Shown here in pieces: positions 1 through 8,824 of a DNA stretch of 64,000 nt (positions are counted from its first letter, which is position 1; every line of letters begins with the position of its first letter). The position numbers and the translations under genes are program-made. The DNA comes from an archaeon (GTDB taxonomy: Archaea; Nanobdellota; Nanobdellia; Woesearchaeales; GW2011-AR9). A model generated the notes under the pieces. The model ran no database searches, was not told the DNA's origin, and saw nothing but the letters and a program-made list of their open reading frames with translations. The stretch covers positions 46,346 to 110,345 of the forward strand of contig JAHFQW010000003.1 of NCBI GenBank assembly GCA_023259115.1, given 5' to 3'.

Positions 1-230
1 GTGAGGATGCTATCAATGGTTGTTGCGGGGTACTTTTCTTTTCCATCAATAACTATAGCATCATGTTCACGACTATTATGTGCATGATTATACGCAAGAG
101 GCTGGAGATTATAATATTGAGCACGTTTGAGTTCTTGGATTAACCCTTCAGTTTTACCACCATTCATAGGAGCAAAGAAACCTATAGTAGAACCGCGCAG
201 GCGAGTGGTGGGAATTTCGCGAAGGTCCAT
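1..230 (-). CDS. tdk: Thymidine kinase, N-terminal part (gene runs off window start)
   Basis: Minus-strand translation from the ATG at 230: MDLREIPTTRLRGSTIGFFAPMNGGKTEGLIQELKRAQYY... The GFFAPMNGGKTEGLIQ segment matches the TK P-loop region (E. coli YFYYSAMNAGKSTALLQ). No stop before position 1. Confidence 0.5.
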   Translation of the reverse strand, partial: MDLREIPTTRLRGSTIGFFAPMNGGKTEGLIQELKRAQYYNLQPLAYNHAHNSREHDAIVIDGKEKYPATTIDSIL

Positions 231-303
231 ACCTCTGATTAAAAAAAAACGTATTAATAAATCTATAGTATGGAAGAATAGTGATGTTGTATTACATAAA
301 AAC

Positions 304-314
304 CTATATATATT
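304..314 (+). promoter_or_regulatory. TATA-like box (CTATATATATT) about 25 nt upstream of the rad50 start
   Basis: AT-rich TATA-like element at the archaeal -26 position relative to the ATG at 334; no SD-like leader visible. Confidence 0.4.
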
Positions 315-333
315 CTTTTAAGACAAAATAGCT

Positions 334-2745
334 ATGCTTTTACATAAGATTACGCTGACAAATATTAGATCGTATCAAAAAGAGACGATTGTGTTTCCGG
401 CAGGCTCAATTCTGTTGTCAGGAGATATTGGGTCGGGGAAGTCTTCGATTCTTCTGGGAGTGGAATTTGCGTTGTTTGGAGCGTCACGACCGGATTTGCC
501 GGCAGAAGCGTTGCTGCGTAGAGGTGTGACGCAAGGATCGGTGGAGTTAGAATGCACGATTAATGGAAAGAATGTGGTTATCAAACGAAATTTAAAGAAA
601 GAAAATGAGGCAATTAAGCAAGTTGCAGGGTATATTATTATTAATGATGTGAAAAAAGAATTGACGCCAGTGGAGTTGAAAGCGGAAGTGATTGGACTAT
701 TGGGATATCCCGAGGATGTGTTGAGTAAGAATAAGAATTATATTTTTCGTTTTACGGTGTATACGCCACAAGAAGAGATGAAGTATATTTTGCAGGAGAA
801 TGCGGAAACAAGACTGGATGTGCTGCGCCGTGTGTTTAATGTTGATAAATATAAGAATATTCGCGAAAATGTGCAGATGTATCTGCGGCAGCTGCGGGTG
901 GTGATGGCGCAGATTGAGGGATTGGTGGCGCCACTGGAACAGTATGGGGTACAGAGGCAGCAAATAGGAGAAGAGAAGAAAAAAGCAGACGAAGGGTTAG
1001 AAAAAATTATGCCGGCGTGGAGGCAGATACAACGAGTGGTTGAAGAGAAACGAGAAGAGTTAGAGAAGATGGAAAAAATACAGCGATTGCGGCAAGAGTT
1101 AGTGCAACAAGAGCAGATGATGATTGCGGGAGTGAATCAGAAAAAAATATTCTTGGAGAGATTACAAGGACAATGCCGCGAGATTCTAGGGGAGTTAAAT
1201 GCGCTCCAGATTCCAGAGGGAAGAGAGATGGGGCAAGTGGTGGAAGAAATACGACGAGCGGAGATTGAGAAGAATCATTTGATGCAGCGCCGTAGTAATG
1301 TGGGTGAGCGATTGAGACAAATTGTGCAGCGTATCACATTGTTAACAGAAGAGGTTACAACATTGGAGCGACAAGTGGGGTTTATTGATGAGAAAGAGAA
1401 CGCATTGCAGCAACTGATGAGCGAGACTGAGGGAAAGGAGGAATTGCGTCAGAAGAAGAACCAGGTGGATGAACTGCTGGAGAAGACGTTAGAGTTAATG
1501 ACAAAGAATAAGACGCTATTGGATGCGGGAAAAGAATTGCAGTTGAAAATTATAGGGTTACATGAATGTCCCACTTGTTTACAGGAGGTGACAAATGAAC
1601 ATAAAGAGAGAATTGTTGTGAGTGAACAGCAGAGAATTTCCGTGGCGGAGAGTTTATTGCAAGAATTGCAACATAAACGAGAGCAAGTTTTGGGACAAAG
1701 AGAAGAGATAAGAATAAAATTAGAGCAATTAATGGTGAGAGAAGCGATGATAATGCAGATACGTTTGGAGCTTACACATTTACGTGAGATGAAGCGCAGT
1801 TTGGGTGATAAACAAGAAAGGTTACGGCAGTTGGCACAGGAAAATACTTTTTTAAATGAACAGTGGCAAGGATTAGAACGTGAAGGGAATGTGGAAGAGT
1901 GGCTGCGCAAGATTAGAGCATTGCAGGAATTACAACAATTGTTATTGAAACAGCAGTATTTACAGAATACACAGAGGGGTTTGCAAGAACAGGAACAGGC
2001 TCTGTTGAGAGAGATTGAGCAGTTGCAAATTGATACAGGGGTAGTGCGGTCACAAAAAGAGGGGATGATGGATTATAGTGGGAGAATTGTTTTATTGAGG
2101 CAGGAATTACTCAATGAGATAGCAAAAGAGAGAGAAGGGGCAGTTGAGGTGTCAAAAATTCAAATGCTTCTTGAAACGATACACCAAAGAGAGGGGGAAA
2201 TTATATCTACAATAGAGAGGCTAGAACAGGAGAAGCGCAGACTTGTGAGAACAAAAGAGTTGTATAGTTGGCTTGAGGACTATTTTGTGCCATTAACGTA
2301 TACGATTGAGAAGCATATTATGGTGAGGATTCATCGGTTGTTTTCGGAGTTATTTGCGGAGTGGTTTTCTATTCTGATTGAAGATGAGAATGTGTATGCA
2401 CGAATTGATGATGCGTTTACGCCAATTATTGAACAGAATGGTTATGAAGTGGGATTTAGTATGTTGAGTGGAGGGGAGAGGACGTCTGCGGCGTTGGCGT
2501 ATCGTTTGGCACTCAATAGGGTGATTCATGATATATTGCAGGAGGTACATACGAAGAGCTTATTAATTTTAGATGAGCCAACAGATGGGTTTAGTTCTGA
2601 GCAACTTGATAAAGTGCGCGATGTGCTGGAGAGAATGCCGCTCGAGCAGACAATTATTGTGTCACATGAGCCAAAGATTGAGACGTTTGTGGAGCATGTG
2701 ATACGCGTTCGCAAGAATGGGCATGTGAGTGTGGTTGGAGGGTGA
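334..2745 (+). CDS. rad50: DNA double-strand break repair Rad50 ATPase
   Basis: Walker A GDIGSGKSSIL; long central coiled coil with a CPTC zinc hook (ECPTCLQEV); ABC signature SGGERTSAALAYRLAL; Walker B LILDEPTDGF; D-loop/H-loop VSHEP. Confidence 0.9.
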   Translation: MLLHKITLTNIRSYQKETIVFPAGSILLSGDIGSGKSSILLGVEFALFGASRPDLPAEALLRRGVTQGSVELECTINGKNVVIKRNLKKENEAIKQVAGYIIINDVKKELTPVELKAEVIGLLGYPEDVLSKNKNYIFRFTVYTPQEEMKYILQENAETRLDVLRRVFNVDKYKNIRENVQMYLRQLRVVMAQIEGLVAPLEQYGVQRQQIGEEKKKADEGLEKIMPAWRQIQRVVEEKREELEKMEKIQRLRQELVQQEQMMIAGVNQKKIFLERLQGQCREILGELNALQIPEGREMGQVVEEIRRAEIEKNHLMQRRSNVGERLRQIVQRITLLTEEVTTLERQVGFIDEKENALQQLMSETEGKEELRQKKNQVDELLEKTLELMTKNKTLLDAGKELQLKIIGLHECPTCLQEVTNEHKERIVVSEQQRISVAESLLQELQHKREQVLGQREEIRIKLEQLMVREAMIMQIRLELTHLREMKRSLGDKQERLRQLAQENTFLNEQWQGLEREGNVEEWLRKIRALQELQQLLLKQQYLQNTQRGLQEQEQALLREIEQLQIDTGVVRSQKEGMMDYSGRIVLLRQELLNEIAKEREGAVEVSKIQMLLETIHQREGEIISTIERLEQEKRRLVRTKELYSWLEDYFVPLTYTIEKHIMVRIHRLFSELFAEWFSILIEDENVYARIDDAFTPIIEQNGYEVGFSMLSGGERTSAALAYRLALNRVIHDILQEVHTKSLLILDEPTDGFSSEQLDKVRDVLERMPLEQTIIVSHEPKIETFVEHVIRVRKNGHVSVVGG

Positions 2746-2854
2746 GAGAATTGGTTGAGGAATTAAAAATGAGTATATATTATAATCTCTCTATTTAGTT
2801 GTGATGGTTATATAGGGGAAATGTTTAAATAAATAGTTTTTAAGCGTTGAGATA

Positions 2855-3457
2855 ATGGTTTCTGATGAGCAAAGGAGAATTACTGAATTTGAACAAAAAG
2901 GAGCAAGCACGGATTTATATCGTATTTTAAATGGATTACAACAAGAATATAGAATAGCTCCAGGAGAGCAAGAGGATGTGACTTCGGAGGAGATTATTCC
3001 CGGATTGAATAATGAAGAAATTGGATTGATTTATGCGATTAGCGTGTTAAAACATATTCCTGGACGATTTTGGCTCAGTAATATGGATGGTCAAATTGAT
3101 CAGTTGCGTGAGGCAAAGCGTTTTTACCAAGAGAAAACAAGAATTAGGTTATACCAAGCGTTGCATGAGTTGAATCCGGATTTAAACACGATTTCGCGCA
3201 GTGAACGTTTAGAAGAGTATAGATTGGAAAAGAGCGGACTTGTGGCAATTCCCGTTGTTCGCTCTTCTTCTATTGAATATGTGGTGCATGCGTTATTGAC
3301 AAAATCAGGGCCATTTGAGAGGATTGGTGATGCAGTTATAAAAGGTTCCCAGAGTTATGTACAAGAGAAACCAGCAGAAGTAGGATATACAAAATATAAA
3401 ATATTTTTGGAGTATCAAAGGATTCAGAGAGAGCTTGAGAAGAAATTAGAACTGTAA
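2855..3457 (+). CDS. Hypothetical protein (200 aa)
   Basis: Clean ORF directly downstream of rad50 on the same strand. No recognisable motif; too small for NurA/HerA. Confidence 0.4.
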   Translation: MVSDEQRRITEFEQKGASTDLYRILNGLQQEYRIAPGEQEDVTSEEIIPGLNNEEIGLIYAISVLKHIPGRFWLSNMDGQIDQLREAKRFYQEKTRIRLYQALHELNPDLNTISRSERLEEYRLEKSGLVAIPVVRSSSIEYVVHALLTKSGPFERIGDAVIKGSQSYVQEKPAEVGYTKYKIFLEYQRIQRELEKKLEL

Positions 3458-3531
3458 TATTAATGGAATATTAGTGCTAAAAAAATAGGAATAATAGAAT
3501 TACGATTAATTATAATAACGAGAGAATATAC

Positions 3532-4887
3532 ATGTCTAAACGCTACCTTCTGGATACAAATGTGTTTATGCGTGATCCGAGAGCGTTGTTTGCATTTCAG
3601 GAACATGATGTGTATGTATCATCTGGGGTACTGCAAGAGTTGGATAAGTTTAAGAAGGGTAACGAAGAACAAAATATCAATGCACGTCTAGCGAATAGGC
3701 AGTTAGCGGGTCTTATGCGGGAGTTAGGACAATATTCTAAAGAGGAGAGAAGACAAAAAATAAATGAAGGGATTCCTCTAGGGGAGGGATTAGGGAGATT
3801 ATACTTTTTGGCGTTAGAAGAGAATGTAATGTTTAGTTATGCAGATCCAGAATTATTATATCAACTTAAAAAAGATGAACAATTGAAGAAAGAATCAGAA
3901 TTGATTTTAGTGAGTAATGATACAAGTCTGCGGCTGCAGGCATTTGCGCAGGGATATTTTGCAGAAGAGTATCGCCATGATCGGGATATTAAAGATTTAC
4001 ATGAATTACTGGATATGCCTGAGAGAATTACGCTTGAGGCAGATGATGTCATTCAATTACGACAGGAGAGAAGTTTATCTATCCCTAAAGGAATTTTGCA
4101 ATTTAACAAACCCCTATTTAATAATCAATATCTTTATGTTGAAGGGGATACGTTGCTGCTGCGATATAAAGAAGCACATTTGGAACATACTTTTGTACAG
4201 CTTCAAGATAGGCGAGGGGTTGATTCAATCTTTGGAATTTATCCAAAAAATAAAGAACAATCATACTTATCTGATCTTTGTTTGAATGATGAGATTAGAA
4301 TTGGAACGGTGTTAGGAAAAGCAGGAACAGGAAAAACGATATTAACATTGGCAGCGGCACTGCAAAAAACAATTAGAGAGAACAAATTTGATAGAATTGT
4401 GATTATTCGTCCAGTGATGGAAATTGGGGAAAAATTGGGTTTTTTACCTGGTGACATTGATGAGAAAATTGATCCGTATAAAGGTCCAATTAAAGATGCG
4501 GCAGAAGTGATTTTTTCGGGAATGCGTAAAAAAATTGGAGGAGTGGAAGAGGCGGGTTTAGAATATCTTATTGGACAAGGTAAAATTTTATTTGCACCAT
4601 TAAATTATATGCGAGGACGAAATCTGATAAAAACGTATATTATTGTGGATGAGGCGCAGAATCTCACGCCCAGTCAGGCGAAAACGCTTGCAACAAGAAC
4701 GGGACAAGATTCCAAAATTATTTTTCAAGGTGATCCGTATCAAATTGATGCGCTGCATTTGGATGAGACAAATAATGGTCTTGTGACGTTAACTAAGAAA
4801 TTGCTAGGAGAGAAGATTTTTTCTACAGTGGTGTTGAAGTCAACAGAACGCAGTGATGTGGCGGAATTGGTTGCGAGAGTTATGTGA
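3532..4887 (+). CDS. PIN-domain plus PhoH-like ATPase (YlaK/PhoL family)
   Basis: N-terminal PIN (LLDTNVFMRDPRAL); C-terminal PhoH P-loop GKAGTGKTILTLAAAL and IVDEAQNLTP. Confidence 0.8.
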   Translation: MSKRYLLDTNVFMRDPRALFAFQEHDVYVSSGVLQELDKFKKGNEEQNINARLANRQLAGLMRELGQYSKEERRQKINEGIPLGEGLGRLYFLALEENVMFSYADPELLYQLKKDEQLKKESELILVSNDTSLRLQAFAQGYFAEEYRHDRDIKDLHELLDMPERITLEADDVIQLRQERSLSIPKGILQFNKPLFNNQYLYVEGDTLLLRYKEAHLEHTFVQLQDRRGVDSIFGIYPKNKEQSYLSDLCLNDEIRIGTVLGKAGTGKTILTLAAALQKTIRENKFDRIVIIRPVMEIGEKLGFLPGDIDEKIDPYKGPIKDAAEVIFSGMRKKIGGVEEAGLEYLIGQGKILFAPLNYMRGRNLIKTYIIVDEAQNLTPSQAKTLATRTGQDSKIIFQGDPYQIDALHLDETNNGLVTLTKKLLGEKIFSTVVLKSTERSDVAELVARVM

Positions 4888-4952
4888 TTTTTTGAGAGAG
4901 AGACATTTTTTAATGCTTTTGGGGGTTGATGAGAGAAAGAGAGAAAATATAT

Positions 4953-5783
4953 TTATTCTTCCAATACTGCTTTTAATGACGCAATCCCTACTTCTAATTG
5001 TTTATCTGTTGGTTCTTTGGTGGTGAGGCGTTGCACCCAAAGTCCGGGCTGAACGATGAGTTTGATGAGGGGGTTGTTGATGTGTTTTCCACTCAGACGG
5101 ATGAATTCGTAACCAATACCTGCCAAGAGAGGGAGAAAGAGAATTCTGCCAACCAGTTTCATCCATAATGGCCCGGGGATGAAAGAGAAGACGATTATGG
5201 AGAGGATGATGATGAAAAAGAGAAAAGATGTGCCGCAACGAGGATGGAAGCGGGAGAATGATCGAACGTTTTCTACCGTGAGAGGTTTTGATGCTTCATG
5301 GCAGTAAATGGTTTTGTGTTCGGCACCGTGATATTGAAATAAGGTTTTTACGTCTTTCATAAATGAGATGAGATAGATGTAGCCAAGGAAGATTCCTAGG
5401 CGGAAGGCACCATCAAGAACGTTGAATAGAAGTCCGCTTTCATGGATGTATCGGGCAGAGAAAAAGGGGAGGAGGATGAAGAAGAGAATGGAGAAAAATA
5501 CAGAGAGAGTGATTGTGCCGATTATTTCTAAACGGGAGAGTTTTTCTTCTTGTTCTAATTGTTGATTGCTGCTCCAGAGCAATGCGCGCAGGCCATCGTA
5601 GAGAGCGTAGTATAAGCCAATAACGCCGCGGATGAAGAATTTTTGATATATTTTAGGGAATGTGGAAGATTTTTCTTTAAGGATGTTGATGTCACCTGAA
5701 GGAGTGCGGACAGCTACGGCGTAGTGCTCTTTATTGCGCATCATAACTCCTTCTACGACTGCTTGTCCGCCAACGGTTTCCAT
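4953..5783 (-). CDS. DUF1385-family membrane protein
   Basis: GGQAVVEGVMMR N-terminus and the HGAEHKTI motif typical of DUF1385/YqhQ; several hydrophobic segments. Confidence 0.6.
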   Translation of the reverse strand: METVGGQAVVEGVMMRNKEHYAVAVRTPSGDINILKEKSSTFPKIYQKFFIRGVIGLYYALYDGLRALLWSSNQQLEQEEKLSRLEIIGTITLSVFFSILFFILLPFFSARYIHESGLLFNVLDGAFRLGIFLGYIYLISFMKDVKTLFQYHGAEHKTIYCHEASKPLTVENVRSFSRFHPRCGTSFLFFIIILSIIVFSFIPGPLWMKLVGRILFLPLLAGIGYEFIRLSGKHINNPLIKLIVQPGLWVQRLTTKEPTDKQLEVGIASLKAVLEE

Positions 5784-5879
5784 ATTGTGCGGGGGGGCTT
5801 TTTGGTATATAAAGGTGATGAAGGAGAAGGGAAATTACATAAAGAGTGTTTTCCGGCTTTAGAAGAGTTTGAATAATTA

Positions 5880-6215
5880 ATCTTTTTCAATGAAAATGAA
5901 AAATAATATTTTCAAGAGTAAAAATCACATTGAGTGTTCAAATAGACTATTGATTTTTACTTGTCAAACTCCTCTAAGAAGTACTTTGAATATAGATAAC
6001 TGTGTAGAAGATATAATATTTGACACAGTTATCTAATACAAGAAAATAAATAAACGATTTATTTTCCACAAGACAAAACAGCGATTTTGTCTGTGCACAA
6101 ATAGGATAGTTTTCCTATTTTGTGTGTACAGAAATACGATAGTTTTCGTATTTCTTGTAAATAAACTGTGGTTTATTATATTGATGAATAGAGGGGTTAT
6201 TCAAAGTTCCTTTTA
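5880..6215. repeat. Mosaic intergenic hairpin-repeat locus A
   Basis: Ordered modules: conserved 11-bp-stem hairpin AGTAAAAATCA...TGATTTTTACT (5917-5961); palindrome AAGTACTTTGAATAT; AGATAACTGTGT/ACACAGTTATCT hairpin (5992-6033); four tandem short hairpins (6042-6066, 6071-6092, 6099-6120, 6130-6155; two share the loop TAGTTT); TTTATTATATTGATGAATAGAGGGGTTATTCAAAGT tail abutting the stop of the 6217 gene. Confidence 0.6.
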
Positions 6216-6216
6216 C

Positions 6217-6939
6217 CTATTTTGCTTCAGATTTAAGTCCTTGCACTTTGTAGAGTAGCATTAATTCATTGGCGAAATTAAGTGTACTATTTCGTTCGAA
6301 TGGTTGGGTGAAATCTATCCTAATTTGGTGTTTTTGAAGTAGGGTTAGTTCATATTGCTGAAGAATTTTGCCCATTTCAGCATCAGGAATTTTCTCTGCT
6401 TGGATAAGTGCGATTCCGTATTGACTACCCCAATCACAGTGACCACCATATTGGGTATGGTCAGGTTGAGCGAGCCAGAGGCGGGCATTTACATAAGGAA
6501 AAGTAGGGTAAGCGTTGCGTTCCTCATCATAATCTTTTTTATTATCTATTCGCCATCCTTTTTTTGGTTCTTCAAAAGGGTTGCCAGGTACATTTTTCCA
6601 TGCGTCTTTGGTTGCGTTTACTCTTTTTCCTTCATCGAAGTTATACACTCTATTTACTTTTTGCACAGAAAGATAGAGTGCATTAAAATGATTTGATGGA
6701 GTGATTGTTTTTAAGACTTCATTGAATCCTATTGTTCCGAATTGGCGAGCATGTCTATCGAAGTATTTTTGATCTTTTCCTTTTACGAAGAATTCTATTT
6801 CTTCATGATCTTCACTTATTTTTTGCCAGACTCGCTCATCAAGAGTTAGCATTTTTACTAATTGGGTATATTTAATACCCTCCATTTCGTTGGCTTCTTC
6901 TTGGGTTCTGTACATTGGTTTGTATATTGTGGGCGTCAT
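6217..6939 (-). CDS. Hypothetical protein (240 aa)
   Basis: Long clean ORF with no confident family assignment. Flanked on both sides by repeat loci. Confidence 0.4.
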   Translation of the reverse strand: MTPTIYKPMYRTQEEANEMEGIKYTQLVKMLTLDERVWQKISEDHEEIEFFVKGKDQKYFDRHARQFGTIGFNEVLKTITPSNHFNALYLSVQKVNRVYNFDEGKRVNATKDAWKNVPGNPFEEPKKGWRIDNKKDYDEERNAYPTFPYVNARLWLAQPDHTQYGGHCDWGSQYGIALIQAEKIPDAEMGKILQQYELTLLQKHQIRIDFTQPFERNSTLNFANELMLLYKVQGLKSEAK

Positions 6940-7070
6940 CTTTTTTCCTCCGATTTTTATTTATTTTTACTATTACTAAATAATTACATTATACCTTTAT
7001 TAATATTTATCCTCCCAAAAGAGAGTATTTATGGAAAGATTAAAAAAGACAAAGCGATTTTAGAGGAAAT

Positions 7071-7799
7071 ATGGATACCTCCATACTGGAAGATTTAGGT
7101 TTAACTCAGGCAGAGATTAAAGTGTATGTCTGTTTGTTAGAATTGGGTTCGGCAAATGCAGGGCATATTTTAAAGAGCTCAGGCATACAAAATTCGGTGA
7201 TGCATCGAGCATTAAATTCGTTGATGGAGAAAGGTTTGATTAATTATATTTTTGAGGGAAAACGTAAATTATATCAAGCGACAAAGCCAGAGACGTTTTT
7301 TACGTTTATGGATAATAAGAAGAAGAGATTTGAGCAATTACTGCCAGAATTGAAATCAAAAGAGCATTTTGCAGGCGCTCATGAAATGGCGACGATTTAC
7401 CGAGGCATACGAGGGGTGAATGAAGTGTATAAGCAGTTACGAGAAGCAAAAGGAAAAGAGTATTTATCGTTTGGTGGCGGGGGACAGTGCGAGAAGAGAA
7501 TGGGCACAGCATGGTGGCAGAATCATCATTTGAATCGGATTGCGTTAAAATTGCCATCACGTCAAGTGTTTGATGAAACGGTACGAAGGTTTGGTGCAAA
7601 TTTAGTTAAGAATAAGATTTCAGAAGTACATTATGTTCCAGCGGAACTAGCGCAATTCCAAGAAACAGTTATTGTAGGTGATTTGGTAGCAATTACGATA
7701 TTTACGGAAAATCCCTATAGTCTTTTAATTGAAGATAAACTTGTTTCTGCAGGGTATAAAAAATATTTTGAATTGTTATGGAAAATGGGACAAAAATAA
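7071..7799 (+). CDS. TrmB-like HTH transcriptional regulator
   Basis: N-terminal winged-HTH LGLTQAEIKVYVCLLELGSANAGHILKSSGIQNSVMHRALNSLMEKGLI resembles archaeal TrmB-family regulators; C-terminal sensor-like domain. Confidence 0.55.
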   Translation: MDTSILEDLGLTQAEIKVYVCLLELGSANAGHILKSSGIQNSVMHRALNSLMEKGLINYIFEGKRKLYQATKPETFFTFMDNKKKRFEQLLPELKSKEHFAGAHEMATIYRGIRGVNEVYKQLREAKGKEYLSFGGGGQCEKRMGTAWWQNHHLNRIALKLPSRQVFDETVRRFGANLVKNKISEVHYVPAELAQFQETVIVGDLVAITIFTENPYSLLIEDKLVSAGYKKYFELLWKMGQK

Positions 7800-7807
7800 T
7801 GTTCTAT

Positions 7808-7959
7808 AGTAATGGTGAATAATTTTCGAATTCGAGTCACTCCGTTCGTGATAAAGTCACTAGCGTTCCTCAAGTCACTGACGTTTGTGACTTGCTTATC
7901 AGCAAGTAATGTTGCTGATGCAACACTTTGCTGAAGCAAAGCTTTGTTCACCATTACTC
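7808..7959. promoter_or_regulatory. Inverted-repeat-bounded hairpin cluster with three iteron-like direct repeats
   Basis: 12-bp perfect IR AGTAATGGTGAA (7808-7819) / TTCACCATTACT (7948-7959). Inside it: AGTCACTNNCGTTY x3 with starts at 7835, 7855, 7873; palindromes TCGAATTCGA and CAAAGCTTTG; hairpins ATCAGCAA..TTGCTGAT and CTTTGC..GCAAAG. Confidence 0.45.
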
Positions 7960-7961
7960 AT

Positions 7962-8010
7962 AAGTATAGAGGGGTTTGATTAACCATATAAGACTTGCCA
8001 AAGTCCTCTA
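7962..8010. repeat. GAGGGGTTTGATTAACC...CAAAGTCCTCTATA repeat element
   Basis: Same 5' module as the elements at 11591 and 28340; imperfect inverted arms TAGAGGGGTTTG / CAAAGTCCTCTA. Confidence 0.5.
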
Positions 8011-8122
8011 TAAATGAAATTTTGAGATTTTTGCGGGTATTGATGTTTATCTTTTGAAGTGGTGAATAAATCACCAAGTCTGGTTTAATAATCTTTATAA
8101 ATCTGTAAAGAGTAATAGGAGA

Positions 8123-8776
8123 ATGCACGTGCCTGATGTTCCCTATATGCCGCTGAGGCTGGATTGTGAGGAGAAAGATTTTCTTGATTCGTTAGAAGGA
8201 AAGATAAATCATATTCTTATTGTACGAAAAGAAGAGAAGAGCTTATCGGTTCTAGGATATACTGGTGGATCGATGAGATTTGTTCATTATGAACCATACG
8301 TTGAGGAACGTGATGTGAAAGAATATGTGCGGATAGATTGGCATCGAGGTACGGGAGAAGTAAATGAAGCAAGAGAAGAGGGGGTTTATTATCTTACTAA
8401 TAAAGAATTGCTGCTTTCTGCATGTACGTTAAATATGTATAGTATTGTTCGTTTGTTATTACCACAACAGCGAGAGCGAGAGGAGAAGCAAACATTATTT
8501 TATGCAACAGCTCTGGAGTATTTGAGAAGAAATAAAGCAGAGCTGGAGAGAGAAGTGAAACAAATTCCGATTTATGAAGGGTCGTTGGTTGATTTGGAAA
8601 GAAGGCTTGGGAGGGTATTGGATTTTATGGATACGGGAAAGCCGGAACAATTTTTGAAAGCGAAGGATACGTTTTGGCTTCGGGTGGAAGCAGCACGATT
8701 GGGTGCGGATATGGTGATACAGTATACACCGGGTTCTGCTATTGGAACGCCAGTGAGATTTCGAGAGAGATTATGA
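8123..8776 (+). CDS. Hypothetical protein (217 aa)
   Basis: Clean ORF divergent from polB; no motif recognised. Confidence 0.4.
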   Translation: MHVPDVPYMPLRLDCEEKDFLDSLEGKINHILIVRKEEKSLSVLGYTGGSMRFVHYEPYVEERDVKEYVRIDWHRGTGEVNEAREEGVYYLTNKELLLSACTLNMYSIVRLLLPQQREREEKQTLFYATALEYLRRNKAELEREVKQIPIYEGSLVDLERRLGRVLDFMDTGKPEQFLKAKDTFWLRVEAARLGADMVIQYTPGSAIGTPVRFRERL

Positions 8777-8824
8777 ACAAATGCGAGAAAGTAGAGCAAG
8801 AGCACAAAAGATATTTTGATGATT

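Noticed and set aside
375-2714. Antisense ORFs inside rad50, polB, the tRNA synthetases and other large genes (for example 1449..1910 -, 9191..9598 +, 19316..19651 +)
   Set aside because: Low-complexity translations, fully embedded in strongly supported genes on the opposite strand; typical shadow ORFs.
5990-6160. Tandem array of hairpins considered as a possible CRISPR array
   Set aside because: The units have different stem sequences, are 25-45 nt long without unique spacers between identical repeats, and recur as shuffled modules at many loci. No cas genes are in the window. This is a repeat/hairpin family, not CRISPR.
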